Assembly (NCBI GenBank): GCA_023213395.1
Contig: CM041465.1
Span: forward strand, 202,003,741-202,067,740
Direction of reading: 5' to 3'
Source: Cycas panzhihuaensis
Taxonomy: Eukaryota; Plantae; Cycadophyta
DNA: 64,000 bases
Part shown: positions 1 through 12,761 of the stretch, piece after piece
How the letters are laid out: each line of letters starts with the position of its first letter
Position numbering within the stretch: position 1 is the stretch's first letter
The notes under the pieces: generated by a model
Databases searched by the model: none
The model's input: only the letters and a program-made list of their open reading frames with translations
Told to the model about the DNA's origin: nothing
Position numbers and translations under genes: made by a program

Positions 1-271
1 TAACACAACTCCAACCCTATACTTAAACCTTCATACTCCTAATATATCTAGTTTACTTTATAATAAATCTATATTATCTAATACTAACCCTAACTCTAAT
101 CCCTCCTCTACCTTGGGTGTGGGTCCTAAGGTAGATCGTCCATCCCCATCCCTAATTCAACCCAAGGAAGGAGATAGCAATCCTTCCTCACCTTCTTGAG
201 AGGTACACCCACCCATCAAACGGTCCTTTTCAACTATCGGTGCCGAAGCAGAGGAAGAAGAAAAGGAACAA

Positions 272-943
272 ATGGAAAGTACCCCTAGAGATCCAGGTCT
301 AGGAACTGAGATCACTACTCTCGAGGAAAGGAATCATGAAACCTATATTGGGGATTTTGTAAAATCTTTCTATGGAGACCAGTTATATGGGATTACTCAT
401 TTGATACACTATATAGAATATTGGTTATATAAGGGTATCTTAAATAAACTTCAATGGGAATTGAATTTTGTACTAACACTACAAGGAATTGCATGGTATT
501 GGTACTTAGCCCACCAAACTGCCTTCAAAAGTTGGAAGGAATTACAAATTGCATTCAGAACGTGATTCAACCCTCCTAAGGAATCAAATATCCCATTATC
601 CTATATAGGAGAATGCCCAACTAAACACATTCAGAAGTGTAAACAAGAATGGACATCTTTGAGTTTACCTAGGAAAACTTGGAGCAACCTTTTCTACCAT
701 ACCCTAGGCCATGTAGCAAAGGATTGGTTCTTAGGGAAAGGATGGAACTTGGACATCACATGGGGTAACCTCAGGAAATCTTTTATAAAAACATTTTCAC
801 ACTCATTAGAAAATAGAGATATTGACAAAATACTCAAAACTATAAAAAAACTAAGCATGGACTTAGAAGAAAAAACTATATCATCAGTACGTAGGAAAGA
901 GAAGGAAGAATCAGAAGATGAAGAGGAAGAAAATCACAACTAG
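272..943 (+). pseudogene. Two tandem capsid (Retrotrans_gag)-like repeats immediately upstream of RT in Gypsy-1
   Basis: Repeat 1 FVLTLQGIAWYWY...FKSWKELQIAF; repeat 2 FYHTLGHVAKDWF...ITWGNLRKSFIKTF; same frame, separated by one TGA. Confidence 0.65.
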
Positions 944-1029
944 CCTGTGGAATTTATGGAACTTAACTATGGTGAGAAGGAAATTGAAAACACACCTCCC
1001 CGTCACATGGAAGATAAAAAGGGTATTGA

Positions 1030-3822
1030 ACTGACAAAGTTGAAAACGAGATCAACGTGGGAAGAAAGGAAGATCCGAAAAATATTCGAATAGGAAGTTA
1101 TTGGGATGGCCAAATGGTGGCACAAGCCCAACAATTATTTGAAGAATTTCATGATGTGTTTGCATGGTTGTACAAGGACCTCAAGGGCATTCCCCTAGAG
1201 GTTGGAATGCACCACATTGACCTCATTGAAGGAGCCAAACTGGTAAAATAGAGACCTTACTGAATGAATCTAAAGTATAAAGAAAAAGTAAAAGAAGAGT
1301 TGGATAAGATGTTGGAAGCAGGGTATATCTACGAGATTGATTATAGTGATTGGGTGAGTCCTGTGGTAGTAGTGCCGAAGAAAAATGGGAAAATACGGGT
1401 TTGTGTAGATTATAGGCAACTTAATAGGGTGACAAAAAAGGATCCCCTTCCTTTGCCTTTCACAGAAGATGTTCTGGAAGCCATAGGGGAAAATGAGATG
1501 TATTTCTTCTCGGACGGGTTTAGCAGATATAATCAAGTCCAAATTGCCCCAGAAGATCAAGCAAAGACAACTTTTGTGACAGAATGAAGGACATACACAT
1601 ACATGGTAATGCCTTTCGGTCTTACCAATGCCCTAGCCACATTTCAAAGAATAGTGATCAATATTTTTGATAAGATGATCGAAGAAAAAGTGGCAGTCTT
1701 TCTAAATGATTGGACTTTATATGGAGTCATGAAGAACCACATGGGCAACCTAAGAGAAATGCTGTAAACGTGCTGGGAAAACAAATTGTGTCTAAATCTG
1801 GAAAAATGTATCTTTTTGGTACCCTTTGGGAACCTATTAGGGCATATTGTGAGCCGTGAAGGATTATTAACGGATCTGGCTAAGGTTTTAGTCATCCTAC
1901 ATTTCCCAGTGTCATTTATGAGGAAACAATTGAAAGGATTCTTGGGATTAATGGGATATTATATAAAATTCATCAGGGGCTATGCATGTATATCAGGACC
2001 CCTAGAAGAATTATTGAAAAAAGACGTAGAATGAGAATGGAGCAATGAGAAATAACACACATTTGAATCGTTGAAAAAACAATAATATCTGCACCTATAT
2101 TAAGATTTCTAGATTGGGAAAAGATTTTCCATGTACATGTCGATGCATTACAATATGCTATCGGATGTGTACTCATGCAACCAAATGACAACAAAATGGA
2201 TCACCCCATTTACATTGCAAGCCGAAAGCTAACCAAAGCATAACAAAATTACACCACAATGGAAAGGGAAGCACTTGGGATGGTGTACGCATTACAAAAC
2301 TTTAAGCATTATTTACTATCAAATCCATTCTTATTTTTTGTGGACCACCAAGCACTCATGTACTTAGTGAACAAGCCTATAATGAAGGGTCGAATTAGCA
2401 GGTGGCTTATGTTGTTTCAAGAATTTTCATTCAAAATCATGGTGAAACTTGGGAAAGCTCACATAATACCAGACCAACTATCGAGGATCACGAATGGAGA
2501 AAAAGCTACAGGAGTACCAGATGACTTCTCAAATACAACTTTATTCAGTGTGGAGGCGGCACCAATAATATAGTATGAGGGAATACCAAAGTACCTTGCG
2601 ACAGGCAAACTATTGCCAGGGATGGATCGAATGGAACGTTGAAATTTTGTACAAAAGGGGGAACCATATCAATTGATTAAAGGGGAACTATATAAATTGG
2701 GACCCGATGAAGTACTACATCGGTGCGTAAGGCTACATGAAATCAATTAAATTATAGCCCAAACACATGAAGGAGTAGCCAGAGGACATATGGGGAAGAT
2801 GGCAAAGTGGAGGAAGGTATCAACATTAAGGTTTTGGTGGCCATCAATGTTCGAGGAAGTAAAGAAGTGGATACAAGCATGCGACTATTGTCGAAGGGTT
2901 GGAAAACCAAATCGACAGGATTTTCAGCCCCTCCATATGATTTTACCTTTGGCACCATTTGAAAAGTGGGGACTTGATTTCGTTGGACCAATTAAACCCG
3001 TCGCTTGACGATCCCAAGCTCGGTTTATCTTGGTAGCGACGGATTACATGACCAAGTGGAAGGAGGCACGAGCACTTAGAAAAGTCAATTCTGAGAGCAC
3101 AACACGATTCCTTTATGAAGTGATCATAACACGGTTTGGATGTCCACTAGAAATCGTAAGTGACGAAGGGGTTCACTTCCTAAACCAAACCATAGAGATA
3201 TTGACATTAGCCTTTATGATCAGTCACCGAAAATCCACACCCTATTACCTAAGGGCAAACGGGCAAGCCAAAAGCTCAAATAAAATCATTGAAAATTGCT
3301 TGCAGAAGATTTGCGACGTGGGAAGATCAAACTGGGCTGAAAACTTTCTATCAATATTGTGGCCTTTCAGGACATTGTCCAAGCAATCAACCGAACATAC
3401 GCCATTCCAACTTGTATATGGGATTGAAACCATTCTTCCCACTAAATTTGAAATTTTGAGTCTAAGGATCGCCATGCAATGTCGATTGGATAATTTCCAT
3501 TCCTTACGAAGAAGATTGGAAGGACTAGTGCGATTGGAGGAAAAGAGATATATGGCAAGATGGTTACAAGGCGTGGAGAAAAGGTGACAAAAAGCATGGC
3601 ACGACCGTCACCTACGTATGCCACAATTCAAGGAAGGCAACCATATCCTCCTCTATGATAGCAAATTTAAAATGCACCTTGGGAAGCTAAAAATGTGATG
3701 GTTGGGACCTTACATTGCCAAAAGAATATTCAAAAACTGTTCAGTACAACTCCATGAGATCGGTGGACCATTGCTACCAACCCGAGTAAACGGCAGTCGA
3801 TTGAAACCCTACATCAACTAGG
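1030..3822 (+). pseudogene. Gypsy-1 pol (RT, RNase H, integrase) with stops and frameshifts
   Basis: SPVVVVPKKNGKIRVCVDYRQLN; FLNDW (YxDD equivalent); HVDALQYAIG; EREALGMVYALQ; PFEKWGLDFVGPI; IVSDEGVHF; RANGQAKSSNK. Confidence 0.95.
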
Positions 3823-4489
3823 GTGAAGCAATTTACTGGTCAAATCAGTTGGTTGTACCATATTGTGTTACGTGAAGTTGAGGTAAATCAAACTGCCTTG
3901 ATACTGGAACGTGATTCAATTCAGTATGTAACCAAAAATACAAAAAAATCAAAAAACAAAAAAACAACTATAACTCATATCATACAAACAAGAAATATGG
4001 CAAATCACAAGAGGAAAGATACACTACCATGAGAGAAATCAAAATTTAGGAAAAAAATGCATCAGAAAAATCAGAATTTTTGTGTACATACTAGTCAAAT
4101 ACACTATATGTACCAAAAAAAAAGGTATATTATCAAGTATGTAAAGTGAAAATCTATAAGTGAGCGAAAAATACACTATATGTACCAAACAAGTACACTA
4201 TTGGTTACGTACTTGCATTCCTTTGGTCAATACAACCTGTATTCCGTCTTCCTCAAGGCCTATGTGTCAAAATATGTCCCAACAGAAAGTATATTATACG
4301 TACCTACAACCATTCCCGCATGGTATGCAAATGACAAAGAGAGACAGACAGGTGGAATCAGACGTCAGTAAAAAAAACAAGAAGAAGTGCTATAGTTAAG
4401 GAAGGAACCAATACAAATTCAACATAGAATTTCAAGCAATTCATCAGAAATAAACAATCGTTCCAAAGAAAAGGCACGTATGTAGGGTT

Positions 4490-5640
4490 TTGTCTTGTAT
4501 TCTCTGGTCAATACTTAAATTACTTCCATTTCCCATAGCTGTGCATACAATGAAGATGATAGGGTGCCAAGAAACATTCCTATTGAAGTTAAAGAAAGAA
4601 TTTGATGGATTACCTGCCCAATTTAAAGCTAAGGTCAAACAAGTAGGATGGGAGAGTACACATACCTCAGTCCTCTTTATTGGGATCAAGAATTGATGGA
4701 GAATATACTGTTGGAATTAAAAAAGGATATGAAAAAAGTTAAGTTGGATGCAGAGACAATCCACCTACTTACAAGACTTCCGGAGGAGGGAGAAGTCCCA
4801 ATTGCCACCAAGAGATTAGAAGTAGATTGGGAAACCTGGCTAAACGAGTTTTGTTAGGAAAACTCTTAGATACTATCAGGAGGCATTCGTGTAGGAGATA
4901 TAAAGGACATTAGGTTGCAATGGATAGCAAAAGTGATAAACACAAGGTTTCTATCTAAAAGAAAATATACATACATTCCAGGGGGAATGATGTCGATAAT
5001 ACTAAGAGTTCGAGATGGGGAGCAACTAAATTGGTTAGAATTTTTGGCTGTGAACATGATAGAACAGATTGGAGAAATCATGGCACATTGATTTAGGCAC
5101 CCTTCCTATTGTTGGCCATCTTATTTCATCAGTGTTTGAGAGTACAACCTCCGCAATCACCCATTCGTCCACATGAACCCTTCATGAAACAATGGATGAA
5201 TGCATTCCCAGAAAATATTCAGGACATGGAAATCAAAAGAAGGGTAAAAAAAGAAATGATAAAAATCTTAAAATGGCTTCAACAAACCCTAGGATCTTCT
5301 ATTCCACATTGTACCAAACAAGCGGTACGTAGAAGCACTAAGAGGAGAAGGGATGAGGGTGAACTCGAAGAAGAAGTAGATGTGGACCCTCCCTTGAGGA
5401 ATGGAAAAAATTTCCTCCTGTAATGGAGACATCAGCACAACCAACCCAAATAGAAGGAAAAACGCAACAAATAATTCAATTAACTAAAGAAATGGAGGAG
5501 GAGCATAAGGCAGAAATGGATGCCCTTCAAGAAAAGATCAAGGAAAAAGACGTTAAAATAGTAATCCTTACTTAAATCAATGAAGAAATTTTGGCTACAC
5601 GAGACCAAGCAATGAAGCAGAGGGAACAAGAGCAGTCTTA
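4490..5640 (+). pseudogene. Extra sense-strand ORF 3' of integrase in Gypsy-1 (plant transposon-associated domain-like plus charged/coiled-coil tail), disrupted
   Basis: Fragmented ORFs 4490-5423 join into one protein containing LQWIAKVINTRFLSKRKYTYIPGGMMSIILRVRDGEQLNW; homologous to 23303-24926. Confidence 0.6.
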
Positions 5641-5727
5641 GAACAGAGAGGGGGGAGGATACCCCAAAATTTTTTGAAAATTTTGATGAGTAGGGATTCT
5701 CAACCCTATTTTGTTGACTGGGATAGA

Positions 5728-6578
5728 TGTTGGGGTATATTTTGAAATATATGCAATGTGGAACATGGAATGTAGGCTTGTATTGACCAGTGGAATGCAT
5801 GTACGGATCGTACAGAGGTACGCACAGTGAAAAAAGATAAGAAAAGGAGCATTTTGGGCACGTATGATAAGTGTGTACCATTTTAGGTTCGCAACACAAG
5901 GTGCGTACCATTTTTGGTACGCTAGTAAACAACCAAGTACGTATAGACAGATCTGACCCAAAGGCACCCAGATGTGATGACGTCAGCCCAGATGGGTGTA
6001 CGTACGGATAGAAAAGACACCATTAAGGAAACTTAATCATGTGTTAAAGTGAAAGGGTACCTTGGCGACAAAAGGGTACGGTTATGATTGGGAGTCATAA
6101 CTCTTCACCAAGAGGCATCAAAAGGACGCATTTAAGGAGACTTTGGATGATCATTCCAGCGGTGAGAGCCAAGTATTCATTCCATGAGGCAGTACAACAG
6201 CCAACATACCAAGGAGGACAGTATGTATTAGAGATCCAATAGATGCATTTCGTGATGCATTCCCTTTTGGAATACATGAGAGAGAATCTTGTATATACGG
6301 TTGGAACGTATGCAGGATATGTTCCAAAATTGAATGTGTGAGACATATTGCTTAATAAAGTGAAGAGTTAAATGGAATATTATGTCTTATGCATACCATG
6401 ATGATTGTATAGTGAATACATGTTTGATGTACTTCTATGTGGAATTTATGATGATATTGTGATAAATTAAGGATGAATGTGTGATAACCTCATGTGTATG
6501 AGGCCTTTGATGATAAAAGGGAGAAAAAGCATGTTGATTGTATCCTAAGCTAGACTACCGACCCGTGATCCCTCGACA
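5728..6578 (+). repeat. 3' LTR of Gypsy-1 (~851 bp)
   Basis: Preceded by GACTGGGATAGA; imperfect inverted termini TGTTGGGG / CCTCGACA; partner LTR outside the window. Confidence 0.65.
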
Positions 6579-6661
6579 AGTGTAGTGAATATTTTAAAGT
6601 CAACACCAATGCAAGAGGAAGCGGTAATCAACTGGTCGGGGGAACAGGCCAAGTAAGCAGA

Positions 6662-7800
6662 ATGGGAGCAACCAGACCTTACATTATTGTACAAAATGAT
6701 TCCGTTTTCTCAGGTATTCAGTTCGATGGATCCATAGACCCAGGAGACCATTTGACCTTGTTCAAGAATATGTTGAAAATAAAAAGAATCATGGACCCCG
6801 AGGAGATAAAAACCCGATTTTTCTCTACACTAAGGGGAGAATCGATTGCTTGGTATATAGCGGCACAAAGTCTATGATGGGATAGAATACAGGATCAATT
6901 TCTGGATCATTTCCAAAAATTGAGAGAGCCCATCTCTATCTTTCAGGCCTTGGAAGAAACAAAGCAATACCTGGGAGAATCGGTTAATTATTTTGATGGT
7001 CGAATGAGAGTCATCATGAACAAGATGCAATAGATAACGGCAATCAATCCCATGTTGGCGATGAAATACTTTGTACAGGGGTTGATTCCACAATTAAGGG
7101 ACAAGGTGATGTTGCATCCAATGAATAATTATGAACAAGTACGAGTGTTAGCTTTGAAATTCGAGAATCAGATGAGGACAACCTACTCTCAATGGGCAAT
7201 GCAACAGGCCGAGAAGATAGGACCAACTTCTTCCCATATACCACTAGTAGGAGTGCAGTCATGGGGAACGTATGATCAAAGGCATGTATACTACATGTGG
7301 ACAAATCCGATATTTGAAGCACTAAAAAAAGAAGTGGAGGCATTAAAGTAACAACCATCTGTATCAACATCTATCAACATGCACCAAAACTAGGAGATGG
7401 AAAAACTACATGCAGAATTGGCTAGATTACGATTGGAAAAATCTTGACAAAATGTGTGGTGTCTCCCACCTTGTAATTAGTAAGGACATTTAAAGAATGA
7501 GCATAGGGCATGGTGCGAATATTATAGAAAAACTAATCACAATACGTGGGAATGTTTTTCCAGGCCCAATAATGAGATTCACAATGCATTTTTTCGGAAG
7601 TTGGAGAAGACAGGAAAGCAATACGAAGGAAAGACAAAGCCAATTCATTGCTTTTTATGTCAGAGATGGGGCCAATTCAGATCAGATTGTCCACTAGAGA
7701 AAAAAGGAGGCAAATTTATTTGTGAAGAAAGCACACCAACTGATCATGAATGGACAAACTGTCCAAAGAATAAAGTACAGAATGTAAATCTGGTCATAAT
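6662..7800 (+). pseudogene. Gypsy-2 gag: capsid domain plus several CCHC-type zinc knuckles
   Basis: DPGDHLTLF...FFSTLRGESIAWY; YFVQGLIPQLR; CFLCQRWGQFRSDCP; further degenerate knuckles at about 7455-7555 and 7715-7765. Confidence 0.8.
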
Positions 7801-8158
7801 AATTCCAGATAAGGAAGTGCTTGTTCAATTACAGACATGAAGTGGAAAAGTGACTACAACGGCTATGTAGGATACCTTCCCTGATCAAGTAATTGAAAAA
7901 CAAAGACTTCAAGAAGCCGTAAATATTCTTCAAGATACGATGGGCGAAATCCAACGAGAAGAATTGCAACAGGACTAGCGATTCAAGGGTTAGACATATA
8001 AATGAAGATCGGTTTCTGATAAACATCTCCCAAAAGAAGGTATGAACCCATGGCAAAGGCTTCAAACAGTTAAAGATATATTGATAGAATTAGGAGTCGT
8101 AGTCCCCATTTCTATTATATTTAAGTGGTGGGAAGTTGGTTATTTCCAGTAGCCGATT

Positions 8159-8592
8159 TTGGATCAAATTGAAAAACTGGTGATGAGAGCTATTCAAGAT
8201 AAAGGAATAGATCCTGGAGTTTCGATGGTTATTTTTGGAACAACACTATGCAAAACAATTGTGGATGGAGGATCAAGAGTTAATGTGCTCCTTGAATCAT
8301 CTTGGATAGACTTGGGAAGGCTAGAAGCGGTTACCCTAGATTATTTGATAAGATTGCCAAACCAACTTTAGGTGAGGCCAATGAGGACTTTAATGAATAT
8401 CCCAGTTACTGTTGTAAGGATTACAATTTTGATGGACTTTGTAGTACTTTGAATAGACCTTGGTTTTGGGAAACCAAGGCCATCCAGGACTGGGGGGAGT
8501 TCACATTCACGTTGAAGGCAGGTAGCAAGGCTATCATTTTACCCTTGTACTTGGATGGATCATATATTGAGAATATTGAAGATGAGGAATGA
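8159..8592 (+). pseudogene. Gypsy-2 aspartic protease
   Basis: TIVDGGSRVNVL active-site motif and downstream RPWFWETKAIQDW. Confidence 0.75.
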
Positions 8593-8889
8593 GCACCATC
8601 TACAACTATAAAATCGAAAGCCAAAGTGAGTTCTTGCTCAGAAATTGCATATCAAATGCAACTGACCTTACCTAGTAATGCATCATCATCTTATATGATG
8701 AATTGGCTGAAGAATGCCTAGGACAAAACTAAATCAACTCCTTGCTATAGATTGGAAGTATGCAACGATTCTTCGAAGAACCAGGAAGGAAGAAAAAATG
8801 AGCAAATAAACTCAAATTGTCAGATCGAGCCTCCACAAGCCTGGGAGAAACAAAATTTGGAAGAAATTTTTATCAGAAAAAAAATCTTG

Positions 8890-9222
8890 GGGTCAAGGGG
8901 GCCAAGCACAAAAACATGTAGAATATTGTAATCAATTTTTAAAGAGTAATAATAGGCAAGAAGAATTTTTTTATTTGTTGTTTTCATCGTCTCTTACAAG
9001 ACAAGCTTCTCTATGGTATTTTTCTCATAGTAGTAAATTCAAATCTTGGGATGAATTAAGCAGAAAATTTTTGTTAAGATTCCAAAAACAAGAATTAGAA
9101 TTGCCCATATTTAAGAACAGTGATAATTCTGTAACTCATATAGAAAATTGTGTACAAATTTGGGAAGAAAATCAAATTCCATAACAGGAATGGGTGCAAA
9201 GATGGGCACAGACATTCTAGGG
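8890..9222 (+). pseudogene. Gypsy-2 extra capsid-like repeats between PR and RT, first part (continues at 19773-19880)
   Basis: FSSSLTRQASLWY...FKSWDELSRKFLLRF, then THIENCVQIWEENQIP*QEWVQRWAQTF, continuing after the B insertion as GTTITWY...DWKALSKECCKTF. Confidence 0.7.
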
Positions 9223-9633
9223 TGTTGGAGGATAATGTTTAATGTGTATGTGTGTGAAAAGAGGCCTAATGGCCCCACAATCCCAAGATCTAGAAGCTAG
9301 GTTCACTCTAGTTCTAGAAGGCACAAATGCTTAACAAGTATAACACCCTGAAGATAAAAGAAAGCATAAGAGACAAAGCATAAAATGAAGGAGCAAGAGA
9401 AATGATACCAAATGTGTGGAGTTGGAATTGGTCCAACCTCCAAAAGAATAAACAGTTTGATTAGCAAACCGACAAAGATAACAATGTCTGAGTCCTACTC
9501 ATTTATGAGACAATGAGGAGGGGTCTCATTATATAGAGTGAAATGAGAGACCTAAGGCCCCAAGATATGTGCCTTGAATGTATGACATGTGTCCTTTTGG
9601 GCTCTCATGTGAGCAAACGTGCATGGGGGTCCA

Positions 9634-12600
9634 AATCGATCTTTGAGTACCATGCTCAAGCCATATAACGCCTTTTTTAGGTGACATACAAAATGCTCCT
9701 TGCCTTGTACTTTGTAACCGGGAGGTTGCTCCAAGTATACCTCCTCCTGAAAATCGCCATTAAGAAAGGCGCTCTTCACGTCCATCTGATAGACTAGCCA
9801 TTTGCATTGAGTAGCTAAGGCCAAGATGAGTCTGATGGTGTTCATATTTGCCACTGGTGCAAAAGTCTCCTCATAGTCTATGCCTTCCTTTTGCTTAAAT
9901 CCTTTTGCCACAAGGCGGGCCTTCTGCTGCTTAAGTGAACCATCAGAATGGAATTTGGTCTTGTAGACCCATTGTAATTGATTGCCTGTTTGTGTTTAGG
10001 CAATTCAACCAAATCCCAAGTACCATTCTTTTCAATAGAATGGATTTCTTCATCCATGGCAGCCTTCCAATTTTCATTTTTAGAAGCCTCCTCAAAAGTG
10101 GAAGGCTCATCGACACATAGCACTTCAGCCATAAGTGCATAATTGGTCTGCTGCCTATATTTTGATGGACATTTTCCTTCAATGATGTGGCCATCTTGTA
10201 CTGTTTGAGTGTACCATTTGGGTAACTTTTGAATTGAAGTGACTTGAACCTCAAGATCTTCTGGTCTAAGTGGTTGATCAACAGAAAATGTGCTTGGATC
10301 AAGTGGAGCAAAATCAGTTGATGTAGACGGTCCAACATGTGTAGATGATGTACATGGAGTAGAAGATTGAGAGGGAAGGAAGGCCTCAACAATCTTCTTG
10401 CCTTTGTCAATGGGAGGTTGCATGGATGCTGTTTGCAACTCCTTATGATCTTCTTCAGCAAAGATGATATCTCTTGAGAGATGCATTTTCTTCCCTATAG
10501 GATCATACAACTTGTAGGCTTTGCTATGAATGGCATATCCTACAAAGATGCATTTTAGACTATGTTTGTCTAATTTTGTCCTTTGCTGATCAGGGATGTG
10601 CATATAAGCAATGCACCCAAAAGTCCTCAAATGGCTGACAGTAGGTTTTTTGCTAGATCATGCCTCCTCAGGTGTCATATCGGTGACTGCTGTAGTTGGA
10701 CTGCGATTGGCCACATAGGTAGCTGTGCGAAAAGCTTCTACCCAGTAAGCTTGAGTGAGTCCTTGTGCATGCATCATTGCTTTGGCTTTATTAGCCAAAG
10801 TTCTATTCATTCGTTTAGAGACTCCATTTTGTTGAGGAGTGTGAGGAATAGTCAGTTGTCTATGAATGCCATTATCCTTGCAATATTGGGTGAATTCATT
10901 TGATGTAAATTCACCTCCATTGTCTGTCCTTAATGTTTTGATAGAGTGGCCAGACTCGTTTTCCACTTCAAGCTTGAATTCTTTGAACTTGGAAAATGCT
11001 TCAGATTTGTGTTTGATGCAGTATACCCAGACTTTATGAGAAAAGTCATCAATGAAGGAGATGTAGTACAAAGCTCCTCCAAAAGATGCAGTGGACATAG
11101 GTCCAGACAAATCTGAGTGTACCAACTGCAAAGGATGTGATGCACGCCATGCTTTGCCTTTAGGGAAAGGCAAGCGATGCTGAGTCCCCATTATGCACGC
11201 TTCACAAAGACATTTTGTGCCATAGATCTTTGGAAGGCCATGTACCATATTTTTGTTGATCATCTGCCTTAAATTGCCTAAGCTCAAATGGCCTAGACGT
11301 TGATGCCAAAGTTGCATCTTGGACAAGTATGGAGTGACAATTGAACCAGAGTAAGCAGAATCAAGTGTTATATTATTTGTATCTAATTTGTAGAGGCCTT
11401 GATCCTCATATCTGATAGCTACAACTTGGTCATCTTTGTCACTAATTATACATTTCCCATTTCTGAACAAGACACTCATCTGTTGCTTGTCCAACTTGCT
11501 AACAGATAGTAAGTTCTTGTCCATTGAAGGTATGAAGTAGGCATTGCCATCGGAAAATGAAGAGGAAGGATTTGATGAAGAGTGAAATGGAGTTATTGTG
11601 CCTATTCCAGAAATCTTAATAGATTGATTGTTCCCAAAGGTCACTGATTAACCTTTACCTTCCTTGATGTCGGTAAGGAGTTCTTCACTCCCAGTCATGT
11701 GTTGTGAAGCTCCAGAATCAATAATCCAAGTTTCATCAACCTTGGATGTTTTATATGCACAAAACAATTTGTCTTTATCTGCAAACTGATTAAAGGGGCA
11801 TTGATTGCTATCTCTAAAACCCCCCCTTCCTCTTTGACCTCCTCGATAGGCACTTCGATTTGGTCGAGGGGGTTGCTGCTGCTGCTGTTGTTGGAATCTT
11901 TGTTGGTATTCTTGCGACGCTGCTTCTTGATTTGGTTGATGTGGTCAGTCCGCGTTGACGTAGATCTGCTTACTTCTTCCTACAATCAGGTGCTATGTGG
12001 CCAGGTTTGCCACAATAATGACATACAACATTGGTCCTTGAAGACCCAATGTTCATGTTCCCAAACTGCTTTGAGAGTGCAGGTTTGGGGTTCTGCTTGG
12101 CCTTTGATTTGGCTGTGAATGCACCTAATGTGGATGGTTCCTCCTCATTATCTTTGGTGTAGATTTGTTCTTCTTGAAGCAATAGACTTTCAAATTCATT
12201 GAATGTCATTCTTTTGAGAGAACCATCTCTTGTAGTAGATGATATGAAGCCATTATAGTCCTTTGGCAAAGCTTTGGTGATAGATGTGATCAGTTCATCT
12301 CTTGTTGCTGGACTACCTAGTGTATTCAACTCATTACATACCTCCTTGATGGAGAAAAGAAAAGTCGACATAGGTTTGACAAACTTTACAAAATACAACT
12401 TGGATTTTACCATTAAAATGCGAACTTCATCTCGCATTTCATACAATGAGGACAAAATGTCCCAACCTTCCTTAGAAGTTTTAGCACAAGCAATGTTTTG
12501 ATCCACATGTACATCAACAATCATATGAAGGAATGCCAAAGCGATTTCATCTTTGGCTTCCCAAGCAGCAACTAAAGCATCATCAGGTTGCACAGTTGCA

Positions 12601-12761
12601 TTGCCATTGACAATAGGTACAGGTTGGGGTAGTCTTCCAGAAACATAACCTCAAAATTCATTCATGATCAGCAAATTCTGAGTGATTCTTTTTCATTCTT
12701 GATAGTTATCTTGACCTGTTACTCGAATGGCACATGCATTAAGCATGTTAATAGCAGCCAT
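9634..12761 (-). pseudogene. Copia A gag-pol (UBN2-type gag, CCHC, PR, GAG-pre-integrase, INT, partial RT)
   Basis: CHYCGKPGHIAPDC; WIIDSGASQHM; LWHQRLGH; LVHSDLSGP; TLRTDNGGEF; QMDVKSAFLNG; LKKALYGL. Confidence 0.95.

Larger units (their letters stand above)
1..6578 (+). mobile_element. Gypsy-1: non-chromovirus Ty3/Gypsy LTR retrotransposon, 5' part outside the window, decayed
   Basis: Domain order RT-RNaseH-INT; extra 3' ORF; purine-rich tract before a 3' LTR bounded by TGTTGGGG...CCTCGACA. Confidence 0.88.

Noticed and set aside
1270-3624. Numerous opposite-strand ORFs overlapping pol regions (here and elsewhere in the window)
   Set aside because: They are shadow ORFs of retroelement coding sequence with no recognisable domains.
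5728-6600. Gypsy-1 LTR as a shared LTR of a tandem Gypsy-1/Gypsy-2 dimer
   Set aside because: No PBS follows 6578 and the LTR does not match the Gypsy-2 LTR at 25076-25729, so nested insertion is more likely.
11940-11975. Stop codon after the Copia A zinc knuckle as programmed read-through
   Set aside because: Most simply a CAA>TAA decay mutation, like the many others in this window.
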